From contig JBHGNT010000007.1 in assembly GCA_043228905.1 (NCBI GenBank), positions 6,758,001-6,822,000 of the forward strand: DNA of 64,000 bases, in the 5' to 3' direction. The stretch's first letter is position 1; each line of letters starts with the position of its first letter. Made by a program: the position numbers and the translations under genes. The stretch comes from Azolla caroliniana (lineage: Eukaryota; Plantae; Polypodiophyta). Below the pieces are notes generated by a model, which was given only the letters and a program-made list of their open reading frames with translations, was not told the DNA's origin and searched no databases. Positions 1 through 11,961 of the stretch are shown one piece after another.

Positions 1-1369
1 GAGGGTGTTCGGTAGCCTTGTGTATGTGCATGTACCGAAGGAAAAAAGGAGGAAGCTGGACGCAAAGGCCGAGAAATGCATCTTGGTCGGTTACTCGGAC
101 GAGCAGAAGGGTTTTAAGTGCTATAACCCTCGCACCAAACAAGCGTGTGTTAGCCGCGACGTTGTGTTTGACGAGTCCGCGTCCTGGTACCAGCCCCCGA
201 CTTCGAAACCCGACTCCAATCTGAGCTCTGACGATGAGGTCATCGAGGCCGAGATGCCTCCGGATGAGCCCGAAATCGAGATTCGCGAAGAGAGTCCGAT
301 TTCACTCCGTTTAAGTGGACCGATTGGACGACTGAGTCGGTATGACTAGTCCGATGAAGAGCCGGCGAGTAGTGGAGACTCGGCCGTGCATTCCCCGCGC
401 AGGAAGACGAGGAGATGGCTTACCTGCAAAGAGAAAGGGAAGAAGAAGGTGTCGGATTCCGGCACAGATAGGAACGAGTTAGACCGACGCGAGTCCGACT
501 CTGAGGGAACCGGTGACGGGTCTTTAAAGGTGAAGTCTGCGTCGACCGAGAAGGCCTTGACATCGGTTAATGCGAGATTACGCCGATCTACTCGCCAGAA
601 GAATCCTGTCTTGCGGTTCGGATACAACAAGTACATGGCGCATCACTATGCGTACATGACCCGTGTAGCAGAAGTGCATGAGCCGGAGAGCTACATAGAA
701 GCGGCTAAAGACGCGAATTGGCGTGCCGCGATGGACGAAGAGATGCACGCATTGGCAAAGAACGAGACTTGGGACCTGGTTGACGCACCAAGAGGAGTAA
801 AACCGATTGGGTGTAGGTGGGTGTACAAAGTCAAGTACAAAACTGATGGCTCGGTCAACCGGTACAAGGCTCGGCTAGTGGCAAAGGGCTACGCGCAGAA
901 ACACGGCATCGACTACGATGAGACATTTGCGCCGGTCGTGAAAATGACGACCGTCCGTGTTTTGCTTGCAGTAGCTACGATGAAGGGGTGGCACTTACAT
1001 CAGATGGATGTAAAGAATGCGTTCCTGCAAGGTGACCTTGAGGAACAGGTGTACATGACACAACCCCCCGGATTTTACTCCGGAACGAACTCCTCGGCAG
1101 TATGCCGACTGAAGAAGTCCCTTTATGGACTGAAGCAAGCCCCGCGTGCCTGGAACGCGAAGATTACGCAACAACTGCGTCGAATGGGCTTCGTCACGTC
1201 AAAATCGGACTCTTCCCTATTCATTCAGAAAGGTCGACTCGGACCAGTTAGTATTTTACTATATGTTGATGACTTGGTCATCACCGGCGCCGACCTAGGT
1301 GAAATCGACCGCGTGAAGCTCCAACTTGCGGTATTGTTCGACATGAAGGATCTGGGGGACCTTCATTAC

Positions 1370-2090
1370 TGTTGGGAGACAGGTCCCTCCGGATGGGAAG
1401 GAAGAAGAATAGTGCCGGTGTACAAACTCGGCCGAGGCCGAAACGGTATGAGGAGAACCCGGCTACGGAGAGCCGGATGGTGCAGGCCCGGTATGAACCA
1501 GATGAGGAGTACCCGGCTACGGAGAGCCGGATGGTGCAGGCCCGGTATGAACCGGATGAGGAGTACCCAGCTACGGAGAACCGGATGGTGCAGGCCCCGG
1601 TACGAACCGGAGGAAGAGACATATTCGTAAATATGTTTCTGAGAGCCCATCGAGGCTACATTTGTAAATAGCCGAAAAGTCATATTAGTATAAATATGAC
1701 TTAGGGCAAACTTTTAGTAACTATTGTAGTTGTTGTCATTTTTCTTGTTGGTGCAAGAAAAAGGAGAGAGTGCGTAACTGTACAGAGAGGGAGAGAGAGA
1801 GACGAGGTCGTTGCCTCTATTGTAACCGCCGCCTGTGGCGAAGACTTGTGAGCACGAGGTCGGTGCCTCAGTGAACGCACTGTTGTATATTCCTACATAG
1901 TGACAGTTTGCAGGCTGTGGGCTGCCGTGGTTTTTCCCCTAGTTTGGGGTTTTCCACGTAAACCTCCTCTGTAGTGTGTGTATATCTTCCTCTCCTTTGT
2001 GTCGTGCATTTTATTACCTGTTTTTCTGTGTATGAAAAGAAGCTCGGTTGTGGCCGAGCATTGCGCATAAGGAACTTCCAGTTCCCGTCA
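1370..2090 (+). mobile_element. Solo LTR (721 bp) inserted in copia A RT
   Basis: TGTTGGGA...TCCCGTCA termini, 5-bp TSD ATTAC (1365-1369 and 2091-2095), TATA-like TATAAATA near 1689, no internal coding domain. Confidence 0.9.
1447..1609 (+). repeat. 54-bp tandem repeat, about 3 copies, in the solo LTR
   Basis: ATGAGGAGTACCCGGCTACGGAGAGCCGGATGGTGCAGGCCCGGTATGAACC repeated three times. Confidence 0.9.
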
Positions 2091-3465
2091 ATTACTTCCT
2101 CGGGATCGAAGTGATCCGTACCCCCGAGGGCATATTGATCAGCCAACGTCATTAAGTGCTGAGTATGCTCTTCAAATTCGGGATGGCCAACTGTAAGTCC
2201 GTCTCGACTCCTCTGGACAGAACCGTCAAGCTTCGTCCTGATACGGGAAAGGTATGCGACCCGACGAGGTTCCAACAAATTATCGGAAGCCTCATATACT
2301 TGACCATCACCCGACCCGACCTCAGTTATCCGGTCGGAGTGATCAGTTAGTTCATGGCGCGACCTATCGAGGAGCACCTTCAGTGTGCACAACGCATACT
2401 TCGGTATGTCAATGGCACTAAGGACCGGGGACTGCTATATCGGACCGGTGCAGCCGCGCAGTTAGTCGGCTACACCGATGCTGATTGGGTTAGCAACGCC
2501 GCCGATCGCCGATCCACGTTCGGATACGCGTTCTCCCTCGGGAGTGCCGCGATCGCGTGGAGCAGTAAGAAGCAGCCGACAGTTGCACTGTCGAGCACCG
2601 AAGCTGAGTACCGAGGAGCGGCTGTCGCGACATGCGAAGCCATATGGTTGAGGCGGCTACTTAAGGACCTGCAAGCGGAGGTGTCAGATCCGACGACGAT
2701 CTACTGCGACAACCTTAGCAACATCTAGCTCGCGAAAAACCCCGTTTTCCACGCACGGACCAAGCACATTGAGGTGCACTACCATTTCGTCCGTGAGCAT
2801 GTCCTTTCCGGTGAAGTCGAACTTCAATACGTTCCGACGGATCGACAGACTGCCGATATCTTCACCAAGCCTCTTGGTCTGGACAAGTTGTGGCAATTCT
2901 CGGGTGCGCTCGGATTGCATCACCTCGACGTGCCAAACTTGAGGGGGAGAACAATCCCGAACGACCAAGCAAGGTAGCAGGAATGGAGCGAAGACCGCGA
3001 CACCGAGTCGGTTGACTCGGTTGTCGAGTTCGACTTCGGATCGGCTGAAGAAGCCGAGGGTGGACCCGCAGAAAAGAAGGGGGGAACAGCCGAAGGAGAG
3101 AGCCGAAGCCAACAACGCATGGGGAAGATGACATCATCAAGGGCGAGAAGACCGGAGACAAGTTAGCGACAACCAACTCGGACGAGAGCGAAAACCGATC
3201 GGAGGTAGCCGAGTCGGTTCAGATGTTTGATTCAGATACGTTGAATCAACCGAGGCCCAAACGGAAGAAAAGGCAGCAGGAGAAGCGTCAACACCGCAAC
3301 AATAGAAGAGCTGATAAGGGCCACATGAGCGGACAAGCCAACCGGAAGGGTCGAAGCGCGCAGAGTCGAACAGGTCGAGGAGCGCGAGCGAGGCGTGAAG
3401 CTAGGAGGAACCGGAGCTATGAGCCCAAAGATCCCGAAGAGCCTCAAGTTGAGCTTGAGGGGGAG

Positions 3466-3908
3466 TGTTGAGAGACAAGCTCAACATCAGCCGGATCGGC
3501 TGAAGAAGCCGAGGACCGGATCGGTTGGGACCGATCGGTTAGGCCGAATGCGTAAACCGGTACGCAGACCGGTGCGTAGGTAGGGCCGGATCGGTGTGTA
3601 AACCGAGAGGCCGTTAGGAAAGATATTCCGTGAGGAATATATTTGGGAGTTAGTGTAGGTGCTCTGAATGAGCATTGAAGTACTGTCAGTACTTCTGTCA
3701 GTCCTTCTAGGACTTGTATAAAAGTGTTCATTGAACACACATATGTATAGAGTGGTGAATAGAGTGTTGAATATACTTCTTGTCATTTTCCTCTCTCATT
3801 CTCTCTGTCTCTCCCGCGTATACTGTGTAAGCTCAAGCTCTCCATTAAACCTGAGTTTTCATCCATCTGTTCGGTCTTCATACTTGCTTCCGCACGCTAC
3901 TTTCTACA
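3466..3908 (+). repeat. 3' LTR of copia A
   Basis: Follows the PPT directly, TG...CA ends, TATAAAA near 3717, similar to the LTRs of copias B and E. Confidence 0.88.
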
Positions 3909-6683
3909 TGCGCCATGTACTCATTGTATCCGTACCGCGTGACGGGATCCTTCTGGCGGGTTGACCGGCGTAACTCACCGTTACCCGGTTTAAGGCCTTT
4001 CTTGGCCGGTTCGGTCTTCATTGCCGAAGATCCACCTTTCTCCTTGCCGGAGTCCGATGCACACCGATCCGACTCATCATTGCCGGTTTCAAATTCCGAC
4101 ATCTTTTTCTTCCCTTTCTCTTTGCGTGTGAACCGTCTCCTCGGTTCCTTGCGCGGGGAGAGCACGACAGAGTCTCCACTACTCACTGGTTCCTCATCGG
4201 ACTGGTCAGATTGACTCAGTCTCTCGTTCGGCCCGCTCAACCGAAACAATTCCGGACTCTCATCCTGAGTCCACGTTTCATCATCATCTACCTGGGCCGG
4301 TTCAGGCGCACTAGCCTCATCCTCTGGCATCGGATCGGATTCGGAAGTCGGAGCCACTAAGGAGTACCACCATGCCGATTCATCAAACTCGACATTTCGA
4401 CAAACTCAGACCTGCTTTGTCCGAGGGTTATAACACTTATAACCCTTTTGCTCTTGAGCATTGCCGACTAGGATGCATTTTTCCGATTTTGCATCCAGCT
4501 TCCTCCGCTTCTCATCCGGTACATGCACATATGCAATGCTACCGAAGATCTTAAGGTGTCTCAAATTCGGCTTGCGCCCGAAATACAACTTGTGAGCTGA
4601 CACCTTGTCACTAATCCAATTCTGGATGTAGACAGCCATTCGGACTGCCTCCGCCTAGTAGAATTTGGGCATGCTCTTCTCCTCCAACATTGTCCTTGTC
4701 ACATCAATAAGCGACCGGTTCTTTCTTTCGGCAACATCGTCCTGTTGCGGTGTGTATCTACAACTGAACTCTCGCCGAATTCCCGTTTGTTGCAGATAAC
4801 TGTTGAATTGGCCGGAAAAGTATTCTTTTCTGCCATCCGATTGCAGGCATTTGATCTTCCTCTCCGATTCCCGTTCCACCATGCTTTGGAGACTCTGGAA
4901 ACACTCGAAGAGTTCACTCTTCCGCTCAATGAGGTAGATCGATGTGTGCCGCGTATAGTCGTCGATGAAGGAGACGAAATATCGACTCTCGCCAAGACTA
5001 ACATTCTGTGTCGGTCCCCACACATCCGAATGGATAAGGTCGAGCTTGTTACAGCTCCGGTTACGTTCAGTAGGGAATGGAAGCCGGTGTTGCTTCCCAA
5101 GTTGGCAGGCTTCACATACTTGGGCCTTCTAGCCACTGAACTTCGGCAAACCGAACACAACTTGTTTCGCTTGCAGGTCTTGAAGCCTCCGGTAGTTGAC
5201 GTGGCCTATCTGCTTGTGCCACAGGTCAATGTCCGATTCGACCTTCTGTCCTTTTGCAAACAGAGCGGTACCGACGTCATTGGTGTCAAGGATAAACATC
5301 CTCCCGTCTTTGCGCCCTTGCGCAATAATCTAGCCCTCTTCCTCGATGAAGCACCCGAGGTGCGTAAACCACACCTGCATCCCTTGGTCGACGATCTGTC
5401 CGACCGACACCAGGTTCTTCGTGATTGTTGGAACATGTAATACGTTCATCAACTTCCCCTTCTGTCCGACGTGGCTCAAAGGGACTTCTCCGACGTGCAC
5501 GATTGGGTGAGGAGTGTCGTCTCCGGTTTCGACTACTCCTGGTTGATCCGGTTTCTCCAAAAAGGAGAACCACTCTTTGTGGCTCGTCATGTTGTTCGAC
5601 GCACTGGAATTAACATACCACACTTCCTCCGATTTGGAAGTGGTCTTCTTCATCGAGTTTGCTTCGTGCTTCATCACCAAGGCTGGCCCGTTACCGTTCT
5701 TGGATCCTCTCGATCCTTTCGCGTAGTGCGAGCTTTGCCGGTCATCCTTGCCGACCTTGTCGTATCTGGATTTGTCAAATACCATCCGATTTGTCCGACG
5801 TCAAATACCAGCATTCCGTTGCAGTCTTCTCTTGTCGTCTTCCGGTGCCGCCATGACTCCCCCTGCTCCCGGAGGGTCTGGAACTGTTGTCGGCACGTTC
5901 TCTGTGCCTTTGTTCCTGGTCTTGCCGGCCACCTCCATTGCGTGCTGACCCGCCTCGTCCACCACGCCCACGGGACCAATCCGCTTCCGTGTATAGCATC
6001 TGATTGTCAATGGGTGCGCTATTTGACGCATCAGCGTGGTTCTCCTCTACAAGGAGCATCGACTGTAAGTCGAAAAATGACGGCGTATTATCCCTTGTAC
6101 ATACCGCCGTTCGGAACGCTCTGAACTTAGACGCCAGGCCCCCAAGACAGACATGTACCATCTCGTCTTCCTCTACGCTAATGTTGATAGAGGCAAGCGA
6201 GTCACATATCTCTTTGATCCGGGCCGTGTAATCCGCCACCGACATGTCCTTCTGTCGGACGTTGCTCAACTCCTGTCAGAGTTGCAGCTTCCGGGCTGTA
6301 GTGCTCGTGGCGAAAGCCTTCTTCAGGTTTCCCCAAGCCTCCTTCGGCGTCTTGGCATCACAGATGTGGCTCAGCAGCTGGTCTCCGACACTGGACGCGA
6401 AGCAGTACATCACTTTGCTTGTCGATTGTTCCCACATTGGGAAATCCTTATGTGCCGCATCAGGTGCTGTTTCGTTGGCTCCTTCGACGAAACTCTAGTA
6501 GCCATGCCCAAGCAGGTACTAGTGCATCTTGTACGACCAAGATGCGTAGTTGGATCTGTCGAGTTTCTCCACATGGAGCGAGCTAGCCATTCCTCTATCC
6601 TTCACTTCTCTGTCTGTTGTTCTTACGACTTGTTAGGGTTTGCTTTCAAGTGTTTGTCGGCTGCAGAGGTTCTCAACCCTCGC

Positions 6684-6695
6684 GCTCTGATACCA
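6684..6695 (-). promoter_or_regulatory. Primer-binding site (tRNA-iMet) of copia B
   Basis: TGGTATCAGAGC on the minus strand, adjacent to the LTR. Confidence 0.9.
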
Positions 6696-7109
6696 TGAAA
6701 ACGATTACTTGCGGAAGCGTTAGAAAACAGAGAAATCAGAGAATACACAGAGTACACGGGAGAGACAGAGAGAACAGAACTTAAAAGCTATGTTCAAAAC
6801 AATATAAACACTCTGTATTTACAATTGTGCTCAGTAGCACTATTTATACAAGTCCTCATGGGACTCACAAAAGTACCACGTACTTCAATGCTCACACGAG
6901 CATCTGACACTTACTACGAGACTATAACTGCCTAGTAGTCTAAACTAATACTAGGCTTCTGGTTACCAATTGGATCCGGCTAACCGGCTCCCCAGCTCAC
7001 CGACTCTGTTGCTTGCTGGCTCTGTTGCTCACCGGCTTACCGATCCGTCTCGCTCACCGGCTCAGGCATATCCAGCTGATCCGGCTCCAGTTGAGCTTGC
7101 CGCTCAACA
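6696..7109 (-). repeat. 5' LTR of copia B
   Basis: Minus strand TGTTGAGCGGCAAGCTCAAC...TTTTCA; closely similar to the LTRs at 42964-43390 and 54182-54594. Confidence 0.88.
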
Positions 7110-7118
7110 AAGTATATA

Positions 7119-7149
<31 letters not shown>

Positions 7150-7167
7150 GAGGAGAGATAGACCAGA

Positions 7168-7250
7168 TGGATGTAGCTCAGTTGGTAAGGTTGCCCAATA
7201 GAGACTAGTTGGTCATGGGTTTAACCCCCACATTCCACAGTGTAGTGACA
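7168..7250 (+). other. Degenerate tRNA-like sequence (SINE head or tRNA-like LTR end)
   Basis: GGATGTAGCTCAGTTGGTAAGG (A box) ... GGTCATGGGTTTAACCCC (decayed B box) ACATTCCA; ends in GTGACA; no proper anticodon arm. Confidence 0.55.
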
Positions 7251-7284
7251 TTTAGTGAAATAGAGATATATATGAAGTATATAA

Positions 7285-7372
7285 TAGAGAGGTGAGGAAA
7301 TTAGGTTTCGAACCCAAGACACAAAGCTTGTAGTGTTATCGATTTACCACTAGGGTAAGCTAACTACGATAA
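7285..7372 (-). repeat. tRNA-like repeat unit, inverted relative to the copies at 8433-8795
   Basis: Minus strand TAGCTTACCCTAGTGGTAA...GTCTTGGGTTCGAAACC matches the 8.4-8.8 kb units. Confidence 0.6.
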
Positions 7373-7379
7373 CAATAAA

Positions 7380-7383
7380 AAAA

Positions 7384-7422
<39 letters not shown>

Positions 7423-7554
7423 GAGTAAGTACAAGAATAACTATGAGGCTTGAGACTGGCGTTGAACCGATTTGTATTACAATATGTAGTCTAATGATAA
7501 AGGCTTGACCCATGTAACATAAGGTTATGGTTCGAATCTTGCTATATCATGACA
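7380..7554 (-). mobile_element. Old, internally deleted LTR fragment related to the chromovirus at 44704-50345
   Basis: Reverse complement begins TGTCATGATATAGCAAGATTCGAACC and contains CAAATCGGTTCAACGCCAGTCT, both matching the 44704 LTR; about 135 bp of U3 is missing. Confidence 0.8.
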
Positions 7555-8432
7555 CTCAATTTACAATGCATGTAAAAATTTTCTAACACACTCACAAGAG
7601 TTTGAGCATCATCTATTTACAATGCATATAAAAGTTTTCTAACACACGCAAGAGTTTGAGCATCTTCTAAAGTATTTGCAAGAAAACACAATATCATTTG
7701 AATGTAACAAAAGTATGATAACTACATTTACAATGGTAACTTCTTCAACATTTATACTAGTAATTTCATATACTCAAGCTTCTAGGATCATCATAATTCA
7801 TGACTCAAACTAAAGGTTAATAAATGTTTTTGAAAGGGAGTTTTCACTCCCTTTGTTTTCGTAATACTTTTTGAACCTAAAATGACATGAATAATCAACT
7901 CACTTTCCAAGTAGATTGTCTAGTGCTTCCATGTAGTTAACGTAACATGTCCTCTTGAGGTATGACAATGTACCTTGAGATATCATTATCGATCTAATGT
8001 GGGGGTGTATGTGTCACAGTGATCACATACATGAGTGTATGGGGTTAGAGAAATATCCATGTAGATGAGTCGTTAGTATGGAGTATGAGTTTTTAAGAAG
8101 GTGCGACATTGTAAGAGTGTCAGCCAAGTGTGAAAAATATCTAAGTAAATGAGTGTTTATGTGATGATGTTATTTATTTCAGTGTGTCTATGTAAGAGTG
8201 AGTGCATCCATGGATGACTAAAAAGTTTAGATGCATATGGACTCTACACCAAACCCACACATAGTTGAGAGAGAGAGAGAGACTACAAGGGGTTGACTAC
8301 CATTAGGTCTTGCATTGGATACTATTGGAAGCATAGAACGTAATAAACGTTTTCATGCAAGCATTTAAACGTTTGAAAAGGGAAAAATGTGTGCTCGTTT
8401 TTCTTGTTTTTTTCATTTATTATCATTACAAA

Positions 8433-8795
8433 TCAGTTCACCCGAGTGGTAAGTTGTCATGGTATTGTTGTTTATGTGTTGGGTCCAACTTCCAGTTTTC
8501 TCATCTCCCTCTCGTTTAGTGTCATATCATAGCAAATAACAAATTTTTTTGTTAATCTGATATTAGTTTTTCGCTTTCTTTTAATATTATTATAATTTAG
8601 CTCAATCTGGTGGTAAGTTGTCATGCTACTATTGCTTATGTCTTGGGTTCAATTCCCAATTTTCATATCCTCTTGTTAGTGTCATGTGATGGCAAAATTT
8701 TATGTTTGTGTCATGTTCCTTTTTTATCTTTCTTTGTTATTAGAAGTTAGCTCGCCCTAGTGGTAAGTTGTTATGCTACTACTGCCTATGTCGTG
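8433..8795 (+). repeat. Three tandem tRNA-like units (about 150-165 bp period)
   Basis: AGCTCGCCCTAGTGGTAAGTTGTCATGCTAC-type units starting near 8433, 8597 and 8747; B box GGTTCAATTCC at 8646-8656; third unit truncated before its B box. Confidence 0.65.
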
Positions 8796-8940
8796 TTTTC
8801 TTCATATTCTTGAATATACATTTTATGAGTTTTTGAACGTTTGATTATAATTTATAATGACATATTATGATTCAATCTCTATAGTTCATACTCATTGTTT
8901 TGTAAAGTTCTAAAGTGAGAAGGATAGAGATGTCTTGATT

Positions 8941-9054
8941 CTTAAGAAGCATCCCAAAGGTATGCATGTAATACAATGCAAATATTGCAACCATACTTAT
9001 GTTGGTGGTTCACAATGGATTAGAGTCCACTTATTAGGATTGAGAGTGAATCAA
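8941..9054 (+). pseudogene. hAT-type transposase BED zinc-finger fragment
   Basis: Translates LKKHPKGMHVIQCKYCNHTYVGGSQWIRVHLLGLR, matching the CxxC...GG...RxHL pattern of plant hAT BED fingers. Confidence 0.6.
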
Positions 9055-10599
9055 TATATAATATAGACCATAGTCAATCCAATTGAACTTGTCAATCCAA
9101 TCCAACTTCGAGATGATTTACCATACACGTTTGATTGAATCATTCTCGAATGTGAATGCACATATGATATGTATGGTTCATTCTATGATTGGAAGTATAA
9201 GTTTTACTTCCTAACACCACCATAATATCAAATTCTTGACTACAACATCAACATATATCATGTACTTTGAAAAATCCGAGTTAGGCATACATCATCATTA
9301 CATGGCTAGTTGAGATTACTATTGGGTGATCCTCAAATGTTGTGGAGAGACTTGATTGTTGACAGTTGTCGTGTGAGTTGTCAAATAAATAGTAGTGTGC
9401 AAAATTAAAGAAGAGAGATTTAGAAGCAAAAATTTATTGTAATTGTAGAAAATAAAAAAAGACTTGAAGTCAAATCCATCATAACACATTCTTTATGTTT
9501 ATATTATTATAAACCTTCCTCGACAACCCATATTTTGATTATTTCGTGTTTAGCTTTTGGAAAAGTGAGCATTAAACTTGGGATCAAATTTCAAACTTTT
9601 AAATAGGTGTTAACTAATCCAAACACTCTTTCTACCTTCTACAAGGTTTTGTATAACCTTGTGAGTTGTTTTTGTTCGGAAAAGTTGTGCATAGCTTGGG
9701 TATTATTTTCAAAGGAAGGACCGCCCCATGAAATACTACATAAAAACATAATGAGAAGTGTCCTTTCCATTTTATAAAATATATTTGTATTTGTGATTTA
9801 ACACCATAACATATAAGTATGAGAGAGCAAGGGTGTGGATGTAGGTCTTTGAGTAAAGGTTGTTCATTGAAGAAAATAAGGGGATCAACAAAAATATGGC
9901 CTACCATCATGTAAACTTGTCCACAAAAGGACGAGGAGGAAGACAACAATATCCTTGATATTTGCATCAATATCAAACAATACCAATGATTAATTGTTTA
10001 ACATTGGAAATTTTATCATATGGCATATGAGATGTGAGGGATCAAAGAAGAGTATGAGTAGCTACCCACAAATGTCAATATTCATTAGATAAATTAAGAA
10101 AAGTATAAAAACTAAGATGAGTCAAGTAATGATTGGATGAGTTTGTTTGGTTGCCATTGACGTATGAAATAGAATAAAGCAAAGACGTGTAGGCATATGC
10201 CGAATTATGAATATTCATCAATAAGCTGAGCAAAGTAACCAACTAACTAAAGTTGGTTAATAAATCTAGATTAATAATTGGATATATCCATATGGTTGCC
10301 TTTTAAAATGTGAGCCACTTGCTAACAATTTGACATGGTTTTGTAGAATAAAGTAAAAAGGCTTTCTTGTCAACTCCACCCAATTTTAAGTTGCATAATA
10401 CCACTTTTATGATATCAATACTGATATTAAGTGGCTAGCATCTGAGAATAAGGGGCAAGTAAATATGTGTTACTAAAAGAGAATATTTCCATGAAGGTCA
10501 AGGGAAGGACCATCAAATTTTGATTGTTCATTGCCACAACAAATTCTTAAGCCTATTGGAGGATTTCTTTCAGGATTTAACAGAAATGCTACCAACAAA

Positions 10600-11584
10600 A
10601 GACAACGATACGTCAACTTCAAAAGTGAATAGATTGGAACGAATGTGACCAGACTTATGGGGTACACTAATGAGGAATCAATTTTATATATTGTTAAATT
10701 CAAGTCAATAATTATTGACTTTTGTGGTAGATCTATTGTACAGATTATGTTTGAAGGACAAACATTATGGATAGTTGGTATTTATGCCGCAACTATGGCG
10801 AGCAAACAACTATTGATGGGGGGATGCAAGGCAATCTATGTAGAGGGAGACTTGTAATGTTTTTTTGTCACCTAGTCAATGGGATGAAGAATTATTGTAA
10901 GAACAGATTATTTTGTCAAGTGTGTTTAAAAAGTTTCAATATCATAAATATGAACAAGTGCATGTCTACGAAATGAAGCAAGAACTTCAAGACAATAATT
11001 GTCAAAAGCATTCTTCATTTTTTCATGGATTACACCAAATAGATGTTAGATCTAATGTGATAAAGATAAAGGACGAGGAAATGTATTTGGAACCACAAAT
11101 CATTGTTCAGAAGTGTTGAGAATATTCTATATGTATATTTGGCTCCAATCATATAAATGATGGTGATGGTAGACAAGTGCAATATGCATTTATGTGTGGG
11201 GGTCAAGTATCGTGTACTATAGGACTATAGGAGGATGTCAAAACCTTGATGGATATATTATGGAGGATGAGGTAGATGTGGCCACTTCTCATCACTCTAA
11301 TGATAAGAGTCCTAGATCCGACTCATTAACAAATAGATTCTTCAAAAAATATGTCGTGGAGATGAGGAGACCTCTTACTATTGTGTATTAGCAAGTTTGA
11401 AGCTTGAGGCAAGTGCCTAATTTGTGGAAATTTGGTTCAATCTCGAAGTATTACCTAAGGTTACATCACCCACTTCCCTCAATCAATGGAGACCAATTTT
11501 AATGATGGGGGATTGTTCAATATTTTCATTGAGGTTATTACGAACAAACTTAACATGTTTGACCAAGGATCTTAATAGGGGTGT
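10600..11584 (+). mobile_element. Decayed LINE ORF2, 5' part (endonuclease/linker/RT start)
   Basis: Remnant motifs LWIVGIYA, DKSPRSDSLTNRFFK (KSPGPDG-like) and LPKV...NQWRPILMM (WRPISL-like). Confidence 0.7.
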
Positions 11585-11961
11585 TGTTGTAAGTGCAGTC
11601 GCCAGTGCGGAACAGGATCAACACTCTTCAGTTGAAGAACACCTAGTTGATGCAGATAAGATGGACAAAGAAGACTTAGAATAGATTGTATAACAAAGAC
11701 AACATCACCAAATTCAAGATCAAAGACAAGGTAAGAGAGAGAAAATAGAGAGCCACAAAAATGTAACTGTATTATTCGCAAACGTTACACAATACAAGAA
11801 TGGCACAACCTCAACAACATCATGATGAACGAGGTTATAAAGCCAATTATATACCAACTGGGCTAGGGCAATTGTCTTTTGGCATATCTACATAATTGTC
11901 CTAAACCTAGTCTATCCAATGGGATAATATGAATATGTCCATTATACACCTGTATTTGACA
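11585..11961 (-). repeat. 3' LTR of copia C
   Basis: Direct repeat of 23163-23535 with many substitutions; adjacent to the PPT. Confidence 0.85.

Larger units (their letters stand above)
2..2977 (+). pseudogene. copia A pol remnant (IN-RT-RNase H), interrupted by a solo LTR and in-frame stops
   Basis: ORF pieces 5-349, 386-1369, 2156-2350, 2354-2728, 2774-2977; removing 1370-2095 restores DLGDLHY-FLGIEVIR; stops at 347-349, 2153-2155, 2348-2350, 2726-2728. Confidence 0.9.
1..3908 (+). mobile_element. Ty1/copia LTR retrotransposon A (3' part; 5' end outside window)
   Basis: Integrase C-terminus (KLDAKAEKCILVGY), RT (KARLVAKGY, QMDVKNAFLQG, LYVDDL), RNase H (SSTEAEY, IYCDN, TKHIEVHYHFVR), PPT TTGAGGGGGAG ending at 3465, LTR TGTTG...TACA at 3466-3908. 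Confidence 0.95.
3909..7109 (-). mobile_element. Ty1/copia element B, 5' half (LTR-PBS-gag-PR-IN), split by copia A
   Basis: Minus strand: LTR 6696-7109, PBS, gag (ADYTARIKEICDSL), protease (WYVNSSASNNMT), integrase (YFVSFIDDYTR, AERKNRSL); breaks at YGYNEYMAH exactly where the copia A LTR ends; many stops and frameshifts. Confidence 0.92.

Noticed and set aside
4745-6124. Long + strand ORFs (231 and 217 aa) over copia B, with a counterpart at 52042-52890
   Set aside because: Antisense shadow ORFs of GC-rich integrase/protease coding sequence; no independent motifs
7168-7237. Possible functional tRNA gene
   Set aside because: B box is degenerate and there is no paired anticodon arm; recorded as tRNA-like only
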